Source of the DNA: Leptospiraceae bacterium
GTDB taxonomy: Bacteria; Spirochaetota; Leptospiria; Leptospirales; Leptonemataceae
DNA length: 64,000 nt
Assembly: GCA_025059995.1 (NCBI GenBank)
Contig: JANXCF010000005.1
Coordinates: 124,006-188,005 of the forward strand
Direction: 5' to 3'
Part shown: in pieces, positions 34,516 through 44,349 of the stretch
Layout of the letters: each line of letters begins with the position of its first letter
How positions within the stretch are numbered: position 1 is the first letter of the stretch
Made by a program: the position numbers and the translations under genes
The notes under the pieces: model-generated
Seen by the model: only the letters and a program-made list of their open reading frames with translations
Told to the model about the DNA's origin: nothing
The model's database searches: none

Positions 34516-36795
34516 ATGAAAACCACAATTTATGGTTATCCAAAAATTGGAAGATACAGAGAATTAAAAACTGCGTTGGAGTCCTACTGGGGCGGAGAAA
34601 TCACAAAAGAAGAAATGTTATCAAGAGCTAATGAAGTCAATCAACAAAGAATGAAAAAATATATCAGCCATCAGATCGATCTGATTCCTTCTGGGGATTT
34701 TTCTTTGTATGATTTTGTCTTGGATGTTTCTACGATGTTGGATTTAATTCCTGAGAGGTTTCGGGATGTGGAAGACAGCCTTGATCAATATTTTGCCATG
34801 GCAAGAGGGAATCAAAAAGCCATTGCCTGTGAAATGACAAAATGGTTTGATACGAATTATCATTATATTGTTCCGGAACTTTCAGATCAAGTTTCATTAA
34901 AGAAAAATCATCCTTTGGAGAGTTATCGTCATGCACTCAAAGAATTTTCCCTTCAAACAAAGCCAGTATTGGTGGGACCTTTTACTTTTACTTATTTGTC
35001 GAAAATCTTTAAAAATGTGAATGGTTCGGTTGCTTCAGAAAAGGCTTTCGAAAGTGAAAAATTCGAATATTATTTGAACCTTGTAGTTGAGGGTTATATT
35101 CAAGCTCTTAAAGAATTAGAGAAAGAAAAATGTGAATACGTCCAACTTGATGAGCCTGCTTTGGTGATGGATTTGTCTGACAACCACAAAAAGCTAGTTT
35201 TGTCCATTTATGATAAAATAGCAAAATCCTTATCTTCTCTTAAGATCCTTATTCAAACATATTATGAAAGTATAACTGACTATAAAGAACTCGTTTTTCG
35301 ACTTCCGGTTTATGGGGTAGGTTTGGATTTTGTTTTGGGTCAAGAGAATTGGGGGTTTATAGAAAATTTTGGATTTCCTTCAGACAAGGTTTTGGTTGCA
35401 GGTCTGATTTCCGGAAGAGACATTTGGAAAACAGATTTCGAAGAAATCATGAGTCATTTCAAAACAATAGAAAAAAAAGTATCACTGGATCGAGTCATTC
35501 TTTCGAACTCATCGCCGCTATTTCACGTGCCGGTAACAATCGAAGATGAAAAAGGACACCTCCCCGAAGATTTGTTAACTGTTTTGTCTTTTGCAGATGA
35601 AAAATTAACAGAGCTTAATATGTTGAAAAATATCATTGAAGGAAAAGAAAAAATTCCCAAAAGTCCATTAAAAGAATTTTTCTCAAAATATGAAAATCAA
35701 GAAGTAAGAAAGAAAATCCAAGAGATAAAAAGCATGCACATTGAAAGAAAAACTCCCTTCAAAGAAAGATACGAAAAACAAAATTCCTTATTGAATCTTT
35801 CTCATTTCCCAACAACTACAATTGGAAGTTTCCCTCAAACAAAAGAATTAAGAAAGGTCAGAGCTGATTACAAAGCAAAGAAGATATCCCAGAGTGAATA
35901 CGATGACTACATTAAAAAACAAATCGAAAATGTCATCAAGGTTCAGGAAGAGTTGGGATTAGATATTTTAGTGCATGGGGAGTTTGAACGTTCCGATATG
36001 GTAGAATTTTTTGGAGAAAAACTGAAAGGCTTTGCTTTTACCAAAAATGGATGGGTGCAATCCTATGGTTCAAGGTGTGTGAGACCTCCGATTATTTATG
36101 GTGATGTTTCTCGTCCTGAACCCATGACTTTGAAAGAAATCGTATATGCCCAAAGTTTAACTAAAAAACCCGTAAAAGGAATGTTAACTGGTGCAGTTAC
36201 AATCTTAAACTGGTCCTTTTATCGAAAAGATTTACCCAAAGAAGAGATTGCCTATCAAATTGCCTTGGCATTGAATGAGGAAGTTTTGGATTTACAAAAA
36301 GCAGGTATCAAAATCATTCAAATTGATGAACCTGCTTTTCGGGAAGGTCTGCCATTAAAGAAATCCAAACAACCCCATTATTTGGATTGGGCGGTGAAGG
36401 CTTTTCGTTTATCCCATTTTGGTGTAGAAGATACTACCCAAATCCATACCCATATGTGCTATTCTGAATTTGACGAAATCATCGAATATATCTACAAAAT
36501 GGATGCAGACGTAATATCAATCGAAGCATCTCGTAGCAAAGGAGACATTGTATCTGCGTTTGAGAATTTCCGTTATGACAAAGGGATTGGTCTTGGAGTT
36601 TATGATATCCATTCTCCACGTGTACCAACCAAAGAAGAAATGCAGGAGATTGTTTCAAGAGGATTGAAAGTGATCGACAAAGGTCTGTTCTGGATTAACC
36701 CTGATTGTGGATTAAAAACAAGAAAATGGGATGAAGTAATACCTTCACTAAGAAACATGGTGGAAGTCGCAAAAACCTTAAGGGAAAAAGTTTAA
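34516..36795 (+). CDS. metE: cobalamin-independent methionine synthase
   Basis: Two-domain MetE. YGYPKIGRYRELK at the N-terminus, TTIGSFPQTKELR, zinc ligands HTHMCYSEF and NPDCGLKTR. ATG 34516 has a good SD. Confidence 0.95.
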   Translation: MKTTIYGYPKIGRYRELKTALESYWGGEITKEEMLSRANEVNQQRMKKYISHQIDLIPSGDFSLYDFVLDVSTMLDLIPERFRDVEDSLDQYFAMARGNQKAIACEMTKWFDTNYHYIVPELSDQVSLKKNHPLESYRHALKEFSLQTKPVLVGPFTFTYLSKIFKNVNGSVASEKAFESEKFEYYLNLVVEGYIQALKELEKEKCEYVQLDEPALVMDLSDNHKKLVLSIYDKIAKSLSSLKILIQTYYESITDYKELVFRLPVYGVGLDFVLGQENWGFIENFGFPSDKVLVAGLISGRDIWKTDFEEIMSHFKTIEKKVSLDRVILSNSSPLFHVPVTIEDEKGHLPEDLLTVLSFADEKLTELNMLKNIIEGKEKIPKSPLKEFFSKYENQEVRKKIQEIKSMHIERKTPFKERYEKQNSLLNLSHFPTTTIGSFPQTKELRKVRADYKAKKISQSEYDDYIKKQIENVIKVQEELGLDILVHGEFERSDMVEFFGEKLKGFAFTKNGWVQSYGSRCVRPPIIYGDVSRPEPMTLKEIVYAQSLTKKPVKGMLTGAVTILNWSFYRKDLPKEEIAYQIALALNEEVLDLQKAGIKIIQIDEPAFREGLPLKKSKQPHYLDWAVKAFRLSHFGVEDTTQIHTHMCYSEFDEIIEYIYKMDADVISIEASRSKGDIVSAFENFRYDKGIGLGVYDIHSPRVPTKEEMQEIVSRGLKVIDKGLFWINPDCGLKTRKWDEVIPSLRNMVEVAKTLREKV

Positions 36796-36954
36796 TTCTT
36801 CTGAGATTACTGATCAAGTTTGCTATCGAAAAAAAGATTTCAATTACTAGAGAATAAAAAATTTATCTTTTTCATACAAAAAAAAGTTGAAGTTAATTCG
36901 TCCATCATTTTATATTACTAAGAAAATCCGATTCTATAGAAAAGGAGTAAAAAA

Positions 36955-37284
36955 ATGCCAATCAACTTACAAAAGAGCATCATTGGACCAAAAATCAAAA
37001 TTGAAGGGAATTTGATTAGTGATGAAGAAATCATCATCGAAGGGATTGTTCAAGGGTCAAGAGTTGATGCAGGAAACCAACCAGTGATTGTTGGATTAGG
37101 TGGAGTGGTTCATGCTGACATCTACGGAGGTGAAATCATCATCTATGGAAAAGTAAAAGGAAATTGTTATGGGAAAAAATCCATAACCCTAGGAGATAAA
37201 AGCGAGGTCATTGGTGATTTATATTCCCCAAGAATTGATATCCATCCTACAGCCTTTGTAAGTGGGAAATTAACAAAGAAATAA
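36955..37284 (+). CDS. bactofilin-family cytoskeletal protein
   Basis: Repetitive beta-helix pattern IKIEGNLISDEEIIIEGIVQGS...GGEIIIYGKVKGN...GDKSEVIGDLYSPRIDI. Confidence 0.8.
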   Translation: MPINLQKSIIGPKIKIEGNLISDEEIIIEGIVQGSRVDAGNQPVIVGLGGVVHADIYGGEIIIYGKVKGNCYGKKSITLGDKSEVIGDLYSPRIDIHPTAFVSGKLTKK

Positions 37285-37381
37285 AAGTTTAATAAAATTC
37301 ATCCATCCTCCTCAGAAACATTTTAGTTTTTAAAGATTAGATTATATCTCTTTCTTTTTTGGTTTGTTTTGGCAAAAAAAT

Positions 37382-37390
37382 TGCTATAAT
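37382..37390 (+). promoter_or_regulatory. putative extended -10 promoter element upstream of lon
   Basis: TGcTATAAT (perfect -10 with an upstream TG), 18 nt before the ATG. AAGGAGG SD at 37398-37404. Confidence 0.4.
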
Positions 37391-37408
37391 AGATATAAGG
37401 AGGTTTGA

Positions 37409-39829
37409 ATGGGTGGTTTAAAGTATATTGACCATAACATAACTGAGATTCCCTCTCATGAGGTTCCAGAATTTGTTCCTATCATTCCACTAAGAAACGC
37501 AGTGGTTTTTCCAGGGATCCTTCTTCCAATTTTTGTAGGAAGGTTAGAATCTATACGTTTGATTGAAGAACATGCTCCTGGAGCCTTGATTGGGGTTTTT
37601 ACCCAAAGAGACCCTGAACAAGAGAAGGTCCGTAAAGATGATTTGCATCCTATTGGTTCTTTGGTGGAAATTCATAGAATCATTCCTATGAGTGAGGGTG
37701 GGTACCAGGTTTTTTTGCAAGGAGTACAAAAGATTGAACTTATTGAAATTGTATCTGAAGAACCCTACCTAAAGGCTAAGATCAGACCCATTTATGAAGA
37801 CAAAAACTATACAGAGGCTGATGTTATTGAATTTCAAACCTACGTAATTCGGTATATAGAAAATAATCCCAGCATTCCTGATGATGCTACGAATTACATC
37901 AGGCGAATTCATAATCCCTCAGCTTTAGCAAATCAAGTCATCTTTTTTTCGAATTTATCGAATGAAGAAAAAATCAATTTTTTAAAAATTGGTTCTGTCA
38001 AAGAGAAACTTGAAGAAGCGAAGAAATATCTCTTGGATGAAACTCAAAGACTCATCATGGAAAAAGAAGTTCGAGAAAAAGTAGAAAAAGATGCAGCAAA
38101 ACTTCAACGTGAATTCTATTTGAGAAAGCAATTGGAAACCATCAGAAAAGAATTAGGTGAAATTGATAGTTCTGATGTAGAAGAATTAGAAAAAAGGATT
38201 GTAGAAAAAAAATTACCAGATCACGTAAGAAAAGCTGTAGACAAAGAATTCAAACGGTATAAACGCTTAATGGAGTCACCCCATGGAACAAACTTAGAAG
38301 CAACACAAATCCGCAACTGGTTAGAGTTAGTCTTGGATTTGCCATGGAACGTAGAAGAAGAAAGAGAAAAACTTCAAGAAGAATTAAAGCAAATTGATTT
38401 AGAAAAAGCCCAAAAAATTTTAGATGAAGATCACGAAGGCTTAGAAGAAGTAAAAAAGCGAATTTTAGAATACTTAGCGGTTGAAAAGAAAGCAAAAAAC
38501 CTTCATGCTCCGATTTTATGTTTCATTGGTCCACCTGGCGTGGGAAAGACTTCATTAGGAAAATCCATTGCAAAATGTATGAATCGTCCATTAGTAAGAG
38601 CTTCTTTGGGTGGTGTGAGGGATGAAGCAGAAATCCGAGGTCATCGTAGAACCTACGTAGGAGCAATGCCAGGGAAAATCATCTCTTCCATGAAAAAAGC
38701 TGAAACCATAGCTCCTGTTTTCTTGTTAGATGAAATAGATAAAATCAGTTATTCTTTTCATGGTGATCCTGCAGCCGCTCTTTTAGAGGTTTTGGATCCT
38801 GAGCAAAATCATACCTTTGAGGATCATTATTTAGGGCTACCTTATGACTTATCCAAGGTAGTGTTCATAGCAACGGCGAATACCATAGATACCATACCAG
38901 CTCCCCTATTAGATCGAATGGAAATCGTGACGTTATCAGGCTATACAACCAGTGAAAAAATAAGAATAGCCAAAAATCATCTTATTCCTAATGCACGTAG
39001 AACCTATCAATTAACCGAAAACGAATGGCTCATAACAGACGAAGCTCTAGAAAAGATCGTTGAAGGATACACACGAGAAGCAGGAGTTCGGAATCTAAAA
39101 CGACAAATTGAAAGTATTGCAAGAAAGGTCGTCTTAAAAATAGAAAAAGAAAAGGATCTAGCATTGCCGGTGGTTGTTGATGTTAATGACTTGGTAGAGT
39201 ATTTAGGAAAAGAAAGATACTACAAAGATCACAAAGAACACATACGAATTCCCGGCGTTGCTATCGGATTGGCGTGGACCCCTGTTGGTGGTGATATTTT
39301 ATATATCGAAACGACGAAATTCCCTGGTAAAGGAAATTTGAAGCTTTCAGGAAGATTAGGTGATGTGATGAAGGAGTCTGCTCATTTGGCTTTTTCGTTC
39401 TTGCGTGCTCATGCGAATGAATTGAACATACAAAATTCTTTGTTTCATGATTATGATTTTCATATCCATGTTCCCAGTGGTGCCGTTCCCAAAGATGGAC
39501 CATCCGCAGGAATTACCATCCTTGTTTCTTTGGCTAGTTTGTTGACGAACACTCCCATTGATCAAGATCTTGCGATGACGGGAGAGATTTCTCTGCGAGG
39601 AAAGGTTTTGCCAGTTGGTGGCATCAAAGAAAAAGTAATTGCCGCTAAATCAGCAGGAATTTCGACGGTAATTCTACCCGACAAAAACCGAGCGGATTTC
39701 GAAGAAATCCCCGAATATATTCGCTCAGGCATCCAAGTAGAATATTATTCCGATATGATGGATGTATTGAGACGAGTTCTTCCTCAAGTTTTTCAAAAAC
39801 CAAAATTTACCGATAGAGAGGGCTGGTAG
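37409..39829 (+). CDS. lon: ATP-dependent Lon protease
   Basis: LON N-domain, Walker A GPPGVGKTS, catalytic Ser in PKDGPSAGITI and Lys in GGIKEKV. Confidence 0.95.
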   Translation: MGGLKYIDHNITEIPSHEVPEFVPIIPLRNAVVFPGILLPIFVGRLESIRLIEEHAPGALIGVFTQRDPEQEKVRKDDLHPIGSLVEIHRIIPMSEGGYQVFLQGVQKIELIEIVSEEPYLKAKIRPIYEDKNYTEADVIEFQTYVIRYIENNPSIPDDATNYIRRIHNPSALANQVIFFSNLSNEEKINFLKIGSVKEKLEEAKKYLLDETQRLIMEKEVREKVEKDAAKLQREFYLRKQLETIRKELGEIDSSDVEELEKRIVEKKLPDHVRKAVDKEFKRYKRLMESPHGTNLEATQIRNWLELVLDLPWNVEEEREKLQEELKQIDLEKAQKILDEDHEGLEEVKKRILEYLAVEKKAKNLHAPILCFIGPPGVGKTSLGKSIAKCMNRPLVRASLGGVRDEAEIRGHRRTYVGAMPGKIISSMKKAETIAPVFLLDEIDKISYSFHGDPAAALLEVLDPEQNHTFEDHYLGLPYDLSKVVFIATANTIDTIPAPLLDRMEIVTLSGYTTSEKIRIAKNHLIPNARRTYQLTENEWLITDEALEKIVEGYTREAGVRNLKRQIESIARKVVLKIEKEKDLALPVVVDVNDLVEYLGKERYYKDHKEHIRIPGVAIGLAWTPVGGDILYIETTKFPGKGNLKLSGRLGDVMKESAHLAFSFLRAHANELNIQNSLFHDYDFHIHVPSGAVPKDGPSAGITILVSLASLLTNTPIDQDLAMTGEISLRGKVLPVGGIKEKVIAAKSAGISTVILPDKNRADFEEIPEYIRSGIQVEYYSDMMDVLRRVLPQVFQKPKFTDREGW

Positions 39830-39837
39830 GTATTCTT

Positions 39838-41427
39838 TTAGTGTCGAAAATGCCTCATGTCGGTAAAAACCATGGCGATTCCGTATTCATTGGCAGTGTC
39901 TATAACTTCTTGATCTCTGATGGAACCACCGGGTTGTATTACAGCTCTGGCTCCAGCCTTGGCTACTATTTCTAATCCGTCTTTGAAAGGGAAAAACGCA
40001 TCAGAAGCTACATAAGAGTCTTTAAGGCTGATACCATTTTTGATGGCTTTACGAACAGCGAGTTCGGCAGAATCAACGCGGCTCATCTGTCCAGCCCCGA
40101 TTGCCAGTGTAGCATTTTTGCTCGTAAATATAATGGCATTGGATTTTACAAATTTCACAACCTTCCAAGCAAACTCAAGCCCAAGCCAATCATCTTCTGT
40201 GGGTTGTTTTTGAGTCACCACTCGCCAATTTTCTCTATCGTTATAAGATACATCCATATCTTGATAGAGATAACCATTCATCGCAAAACGTAATTCTTTT
40301 TGAGGCATTAAAAGAACCTCGGGTTGTGGAAGCTCCACAATCCTTATATTTGCTTTTTTTTCAAAGATTTTTAATGCTTCTTTTGTATATTCTCTGGCTA
40401 TTACACACTCCACGAATTGTTCGGTGATTTTTTCGGCTAATTCTTCTTGAACGATACCATTGATTGCGATAATTCCTCCAAAAGCACTTACGGGATCACA
40501 TCTACGTGCCAAAAGGAAGGCATCCACCAATTCTTTTTCATCTGTGGCATAGGCTGCTCCTGACGGATTTAGGTGTTTTACAATGGCAACACCGTAATGA
40601 GGCAAAGAAGCTGCGCATTGCATGGCTGCAGTCAAATCCAACAAGTTGTTGAATGAAAGTTCTTTCCCTTGATGGATGATAAAACCCAACTCATTCGGAG
40701 CATCTCGATGAATAGAAAGCAAATCCCGATAAAAATGGGCTTTTTGGTGAGGATTCTCTCCATATCGTAAAGGATGGACTTTTTTTAATGGAATTGTGAT
40801 AATGTCTGGAAAATCTTCTTGGGTTTTCTTTCTAAAATACTCTGAGATAATTGCATCATAAGAAGAAGTGATACGAAATGCCTTTGCAGCAAGCCGAAGG
40901 GATGTATGCTGGGAAACATATCCATTTAACATATCTAATTCTTTGATAAGTTCAACGTAATCAGAAGGATCACATACAACGACAGTATGAAAATAATTTT
41001 TGGCTGAAGCTCTGATGAGGGTAGGACCTCCAATGTCAATGTTTTCAATGATTTCGAGTTCTTCTTCGAGAGTAGAAAGATTGGGGTACTTTAAAAAAGA
41101 TTTTACAAAGGGGTAAAGGTTTACTACCACCATGTCAATTTTTGAGATATTCATTTCTTCTAAGGTTCTACGATGTTCAGGATTGGATAGGTTGGCTAAT
41201 ATCCCTGCATGAATGACGGGGTGTAAGGTTTTGACTCTCCCATCCAGAATCTCTGGGAATTGCGTGACTTCTTCTATGGATTTTACAGGGATTTGGTTTT
41301 CTTGTAAGTATTTATAAGTTCCTCCAGTGGATATGATTTCTACTTGATATTTCAACAAATGCTTTGATAATTCCAGTATGCCTGTTTTGTCGTAAACTGA
41401 GATCAATGCTCGTTGGATTTTGATCAT
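39838..41427 (-). CDS. purH: bifunctional AICAR transformylase / IMP cyclohydrolase
   Basis: MGS-like N-terminus RALISVYDKTGI, GGPTLIRASAKN, C-terminal FFPFKDG...GGSIRD. Confidence 0.95.
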   Translation of the reverse strand: MIKIQRALISVYDKTGILELSKHLLKYQVEIISTGGTYKYLQENQIPVKSIEEVTQFPEILDGRVKTLHPVIHAGILANLSNPEHRRTLEEMNISKIDMVVVNLYPFVKSFLKYPNLSTLEEELEIIENIDIGGPTLIRASAKNYFHTVVVCDPSDYVELIKELDMLNGYVSQHTSLRLAAKAFRITSSYDAIISEYFRKKTQEDFPDIITIPLKKVHPLRYGENPHQKAHFYRDLLSIHRDAPNELGFIIHQGKELSFNNLLDLTAAMQCAASLPHYGVAIVKHLNPSGAAYATDEKELVDAFLLARRCDPVSAFGGIIAINGIVQEELAEKITEQFVECVIAREYTKEALKIFEKKANIRIVELPQPEVLLMPQKELRFAMNGYLYQDMDVSYNDRENWRVVTQKQPTEDDWLGLEFAWKVVKFVKSNAIIFTSKNATLAIGAGQMSRVDSAELAVRKAIKNGISLKDSYVASDAFFPFKDGLEIVAKAGARAVIQPGGSIRDQEVIDTANEYGIAMVFTDMRHFRH

Positions 41428-41436
41428 GTTTTTCTC

Positions 41437-42063
41437 CTATGATTTAATGATGACTATTTTTCGTTTTTGGTTGGGGGAAGGTCGTATTTCTAATTTGTTT
41501 TCACAAAAAAGCTTTATGGCTTTAACGTAAAGTTTATGTTCTTCTTGTAAAATCAAGTCTGCGATCTCTTTTTCGGTAGCGCCTTCGGGGATTTCAACGG
41601 CTTTTTGTAAAATGATGGGACCGGTATCCACGTTTTCATCAATAAAGTGGACTGTGCAGCCAGAGACCTTAACACCATATTCCCATGCCTGCCTTTGAGC
41701 ATGAAGCCCCGGAAAAGAAGGTAGTAAAGAAGGATGGATGTTCATAATTCTGTTTTCGAAAGTTTGTACAAATTCTTTTGATAAGATTCTCATAAAGCCA
41801 GCTCCCAAAATCAGATCAGGTTCAAAAGATTTTGCCGCCTCAAGCAGGTCTCTGTGGAAATCCTCTTTTTGAGAGTAATTTTTAAAAGGAATGACTTTTA
41901 CTGGGATTTGATAATTTCTTGCGTGTTGCTCAGCTCCTGTGTTTTCTCTATCGGTTATTAGTCCCACCATCTTGGCATTCGGGATTTCTTTGGATTCAAT
42001 CGCTTTGAGTATGGCTAAGAAATTGCTACCTCTTCCAGAAGCTAATGCCAAAAGGCGATACAT
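41437..42063 (-). CDS. purN: phosphoribosylglycinamide formyltransferase
   Basis: ASGRGSNF, NIHPSLLPSFPG and GCTVHFIDENVDTGPII. Confidence 0.9.
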   Translation of the reverse strand: MYRLLALASGRGSNFLAILKAIESKEIPNAKMVGLITDRENTGAEQHARNYQIPVKVIPFKNYSQKEDFHRDLLEAAKSFEPDLILGAGFMRILSKEFVQTFENRIMNIHPSLLPSFPGLHAQRQAWEYGVKVSGCTVHFIDENVDTGPIILQKAVEIPEGATEKEIADLILQEEHKLYVKAIKLFCENKLEIRPSPNQKRKIVIIKS

Positions 42064-42309
42064 GAAACCATTTTTTGTATGGATTTCTGTAAAAAAAGAG
42101 AAAAAAAGATCAAAAATAAATCTCTGAAATTTTGAACCACTTAAAGAGTCAAATTTTGATTATTTTATAAAGTTTAAAAACTAATTTCTTGTGGGGTGCT
42201 TTGATGATTGTTTTTGAAAAAAATTCTCTTATTCGTTTTGATTGAGTTGTTTTAATAGCATTACATAAAAATTGATAATAAACCAATTAAAACTCTGACG
42301 AAATCCAAA

Positions 42310-44349
42310 ATGAAAAAGAAGAGACTTCATCTTCGAGCTATGAAAAACGTCTTGATAGGTTTTTGGTTTTTTTTCTCTTTTGTTTCTTTGGCATCTCAAG
42401 AGTATGTGATCATTGTAAAGTCGAAATCCGAAGAACGAACACCCCAAAAAGAAGAAATCTACATTCCAAAAGATAGCTTTCATTATACGTTGGATAAATT
42501 GTTAGAAAAAGAAAATGGAGTTTTAATTCAGAAATTCGGCGGTGAAGGTAGTTATTCTCTGATTCGGATTCGGGGAAGTAATGCCAATCAAGTTCATCTT
42601 TATTTAGATGGTATTCCCTTGAACTTTGCATCGTATAGTGAGGTGGATGTATCAGACCTGAGCTTATGGAACTACCAAAAAATAGAATTCCAAAAAAACG
42701 GGAGCATGACGGGATTAGTGGGAAGTAGTATTGGAGGAAGTATTAACCTCATACCAAACTACGAAACCGAAAGAAATCAAGTTTTTCTACATGGGGGGAG
42801 CTTTGGAACTTTTGGAGGAGGTATTAACTACAACTTTGCATGGAAGGATCATACGCAAGAACCCAAGTTCTATTTGGGGATTGCTGCTATGAGTGAAAGC
42901 TCAAAACAAGATTATGAGTTTCTTAATCACAATGGGACAATTTACTTTAATCGTTTAGATGATTACAAAGACAAACAGAGAAATGCCTACTATCGAAAAA
43001 CAAGTGGACTCATTACTTCGTCCTTCTCGTTAGGGAAAACTCAGGTGCGGATTCTCAATGATTCGTTTTATCGTGTTCATGGAATACCCGGTCCTATCAC
43101 AAGACAAACAGAAAAAACGAAAAGAGAGCATTTTCGAAATACCTCAGGGATACGAATAGTATCAAAGGGCATCTTTTGGGGAAACTTCCAACTCGATACC
43201 CGTTGGTATTATACCTACATCAAAAATCGGTTTTACGATCCTCGAAACGAATTGGCATTTAGTAGCAACAATAGCAGAGCTGAACTCAACAATAAAGGTG
43301 TTCATCTAATCCCAGGGTGGAGTTTTATCATAACCCAAAATTTTTGGTATAAAACTCAATTTCTTTTGGGATACGAAGAAGAATATTTTTTTGAAAATCG
43401 CTACTCCAACTTCAACATCAAAACCACAGAAATTCCCGAAAAAAAGCGTTATCATTATAGTTTTCACTTTCATCAGCAATTTTCTTTTTTTGATGAATTC
43501 ATAGAATTTCTGCCAGAATTTCGCTATGAAGAATACCGTAATAACTTTCTCATAGAAACCCGAACCAAACAACTCCTTACAATAGATGAAATCAAAAAAG
43601 ACGAAAGTAAAATTTCTTTTGTGAATAGTTTGTATTCTCTCATATTCAATTTGATAAAAAATCAAAATCAAAAGTGGAATTTTTTTATAAAATATCATCA
43701 AGAAAAACGAATCCCTTCCTTTATTGAGCTTTTTGGAGAAAAAGGTTCTATTGTTCCCAATTTGAAGCTCCGTCCAGAACAATCTTATAACAGCGAAGTA
43801 GGAAGTATCTTTCAGTTTAAAAACATATTTCTTGATGTTCGAGGATATTATCGATGGGTTCGAGATTTGATTCGTTTTTTACCCAATTCTCAGTTTTCAT
43901 TGAGAGCAGAAAACATCCAAAGAGCTCGCATTCGTGGTTTCGAAACAACAGCAAAATACAAGCATGATTGGTTTCAGATTTATCTGGCTTATCAATACAT
44001 GCAGGCAAAGAGAATTGGAACAAGTCGAAGTGCTCAAGAAGAAATTTATATCCCCTTGATGCCGCTTCATACCTTCAAAGGAGGAATCCATCTCTTTCCT
44101 GAAAACACATGGGAATTTCAAATTGAAGGAATTTACTATGGAGCCTTTTTCCGTAATGAGTCCAATGATTACTTCTCCTACCAGCCAAGAAAGTGGATTT
44201 TTCATTTTACTATGATCTATCGTTATCAAAAACAATTACTGGCTTATCTTGAGGTTCGAAATACCCAAAACCTTCTTTACGAAGACATCATAGGTTATCC
44301 TTTACCAGGAAGGAGTTATGTTCTTGGTGTTAAATACTTTTTCGATTAG
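42310..44349 (+). CDS. TonB-dependent outer-membrane receptor (BtuB-size class)
   Basis: Signal peptide, then plug motifs IRIRGSNANQVHLYLDGIPLN and GSSIGGSINLIP. About 22 strand-like repeats, C-terminal ...GVKYFFD. Confidence 0.8.
   Translation: MKKKRLHLRAMKNVLIGFWFFFSFVSLASQEYVIIVKSKSEERTPQKEEIYIPKDSFHYTLDKLLEKENGVLIQKFGGEGSYSLIRIRGSNANQVHLYLDGIPLNFASYSEVDVSDLSLWNYQKIEFQKNGSMTGLVGSSIGGSINLIPNYETERNQVFLHGGSFGTFGGGINYNFAWKDHTQEPKFYLGIAAMSESSKQDYEFLNHNGTIYFNRLDDYKDKQRNAYYRKTSGLITSSFSLGKTQVRILNDSFYRVHGIPGPITRQTEKTKREHFRNTSGIRIVSKGIFWGNFQLDTRWYYTYIKNRFYDPRNELAFSSNNSRAELNNKGVHLIPGWSFIITQNFWYKTQFLLGYEEEYFFENRYSNFNIKTTEIPEKKRYHYSFHFHQQFSFFDEFIEFLPEFRYEEYRNNFLIETRTKQLLTIDEIKKDESKISFVNSLYSLIFNLIKNQNQKWNFFIKYHQEKRIPSFIELFGEKGSIVPNLKLRPEQSYNSEVGSIFQFKNIFLDVRGYYRWVRDLIRFLPNSQFSLRAENIQRARIRGFETTAKYKHDWFQIYLAYQYMQAKRIGTSRSAQEEIYIPLMPLHTFKGGIHLFPENTWEFQIEGIYYGAFFRNESNDYFSYQPRKWIFHFTMIYRYQKQLLAYLEVRNTQNLLYEDIIGYPLPGRSYVLGVKYFFD

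Noticed and set aside
42064-42309. Long leader before the TonB receptor containing GGGGTGC: possible TPP or cobalamin riboswitch.
   Set aside because: Apart from that heptamer, the region lacks the CTGAGA / ACCTGATCTGGATAATGCCAGCG-type THI-box core and any B12-box-like G/C-rich core. It is almost pure A/T with no convincing helices.
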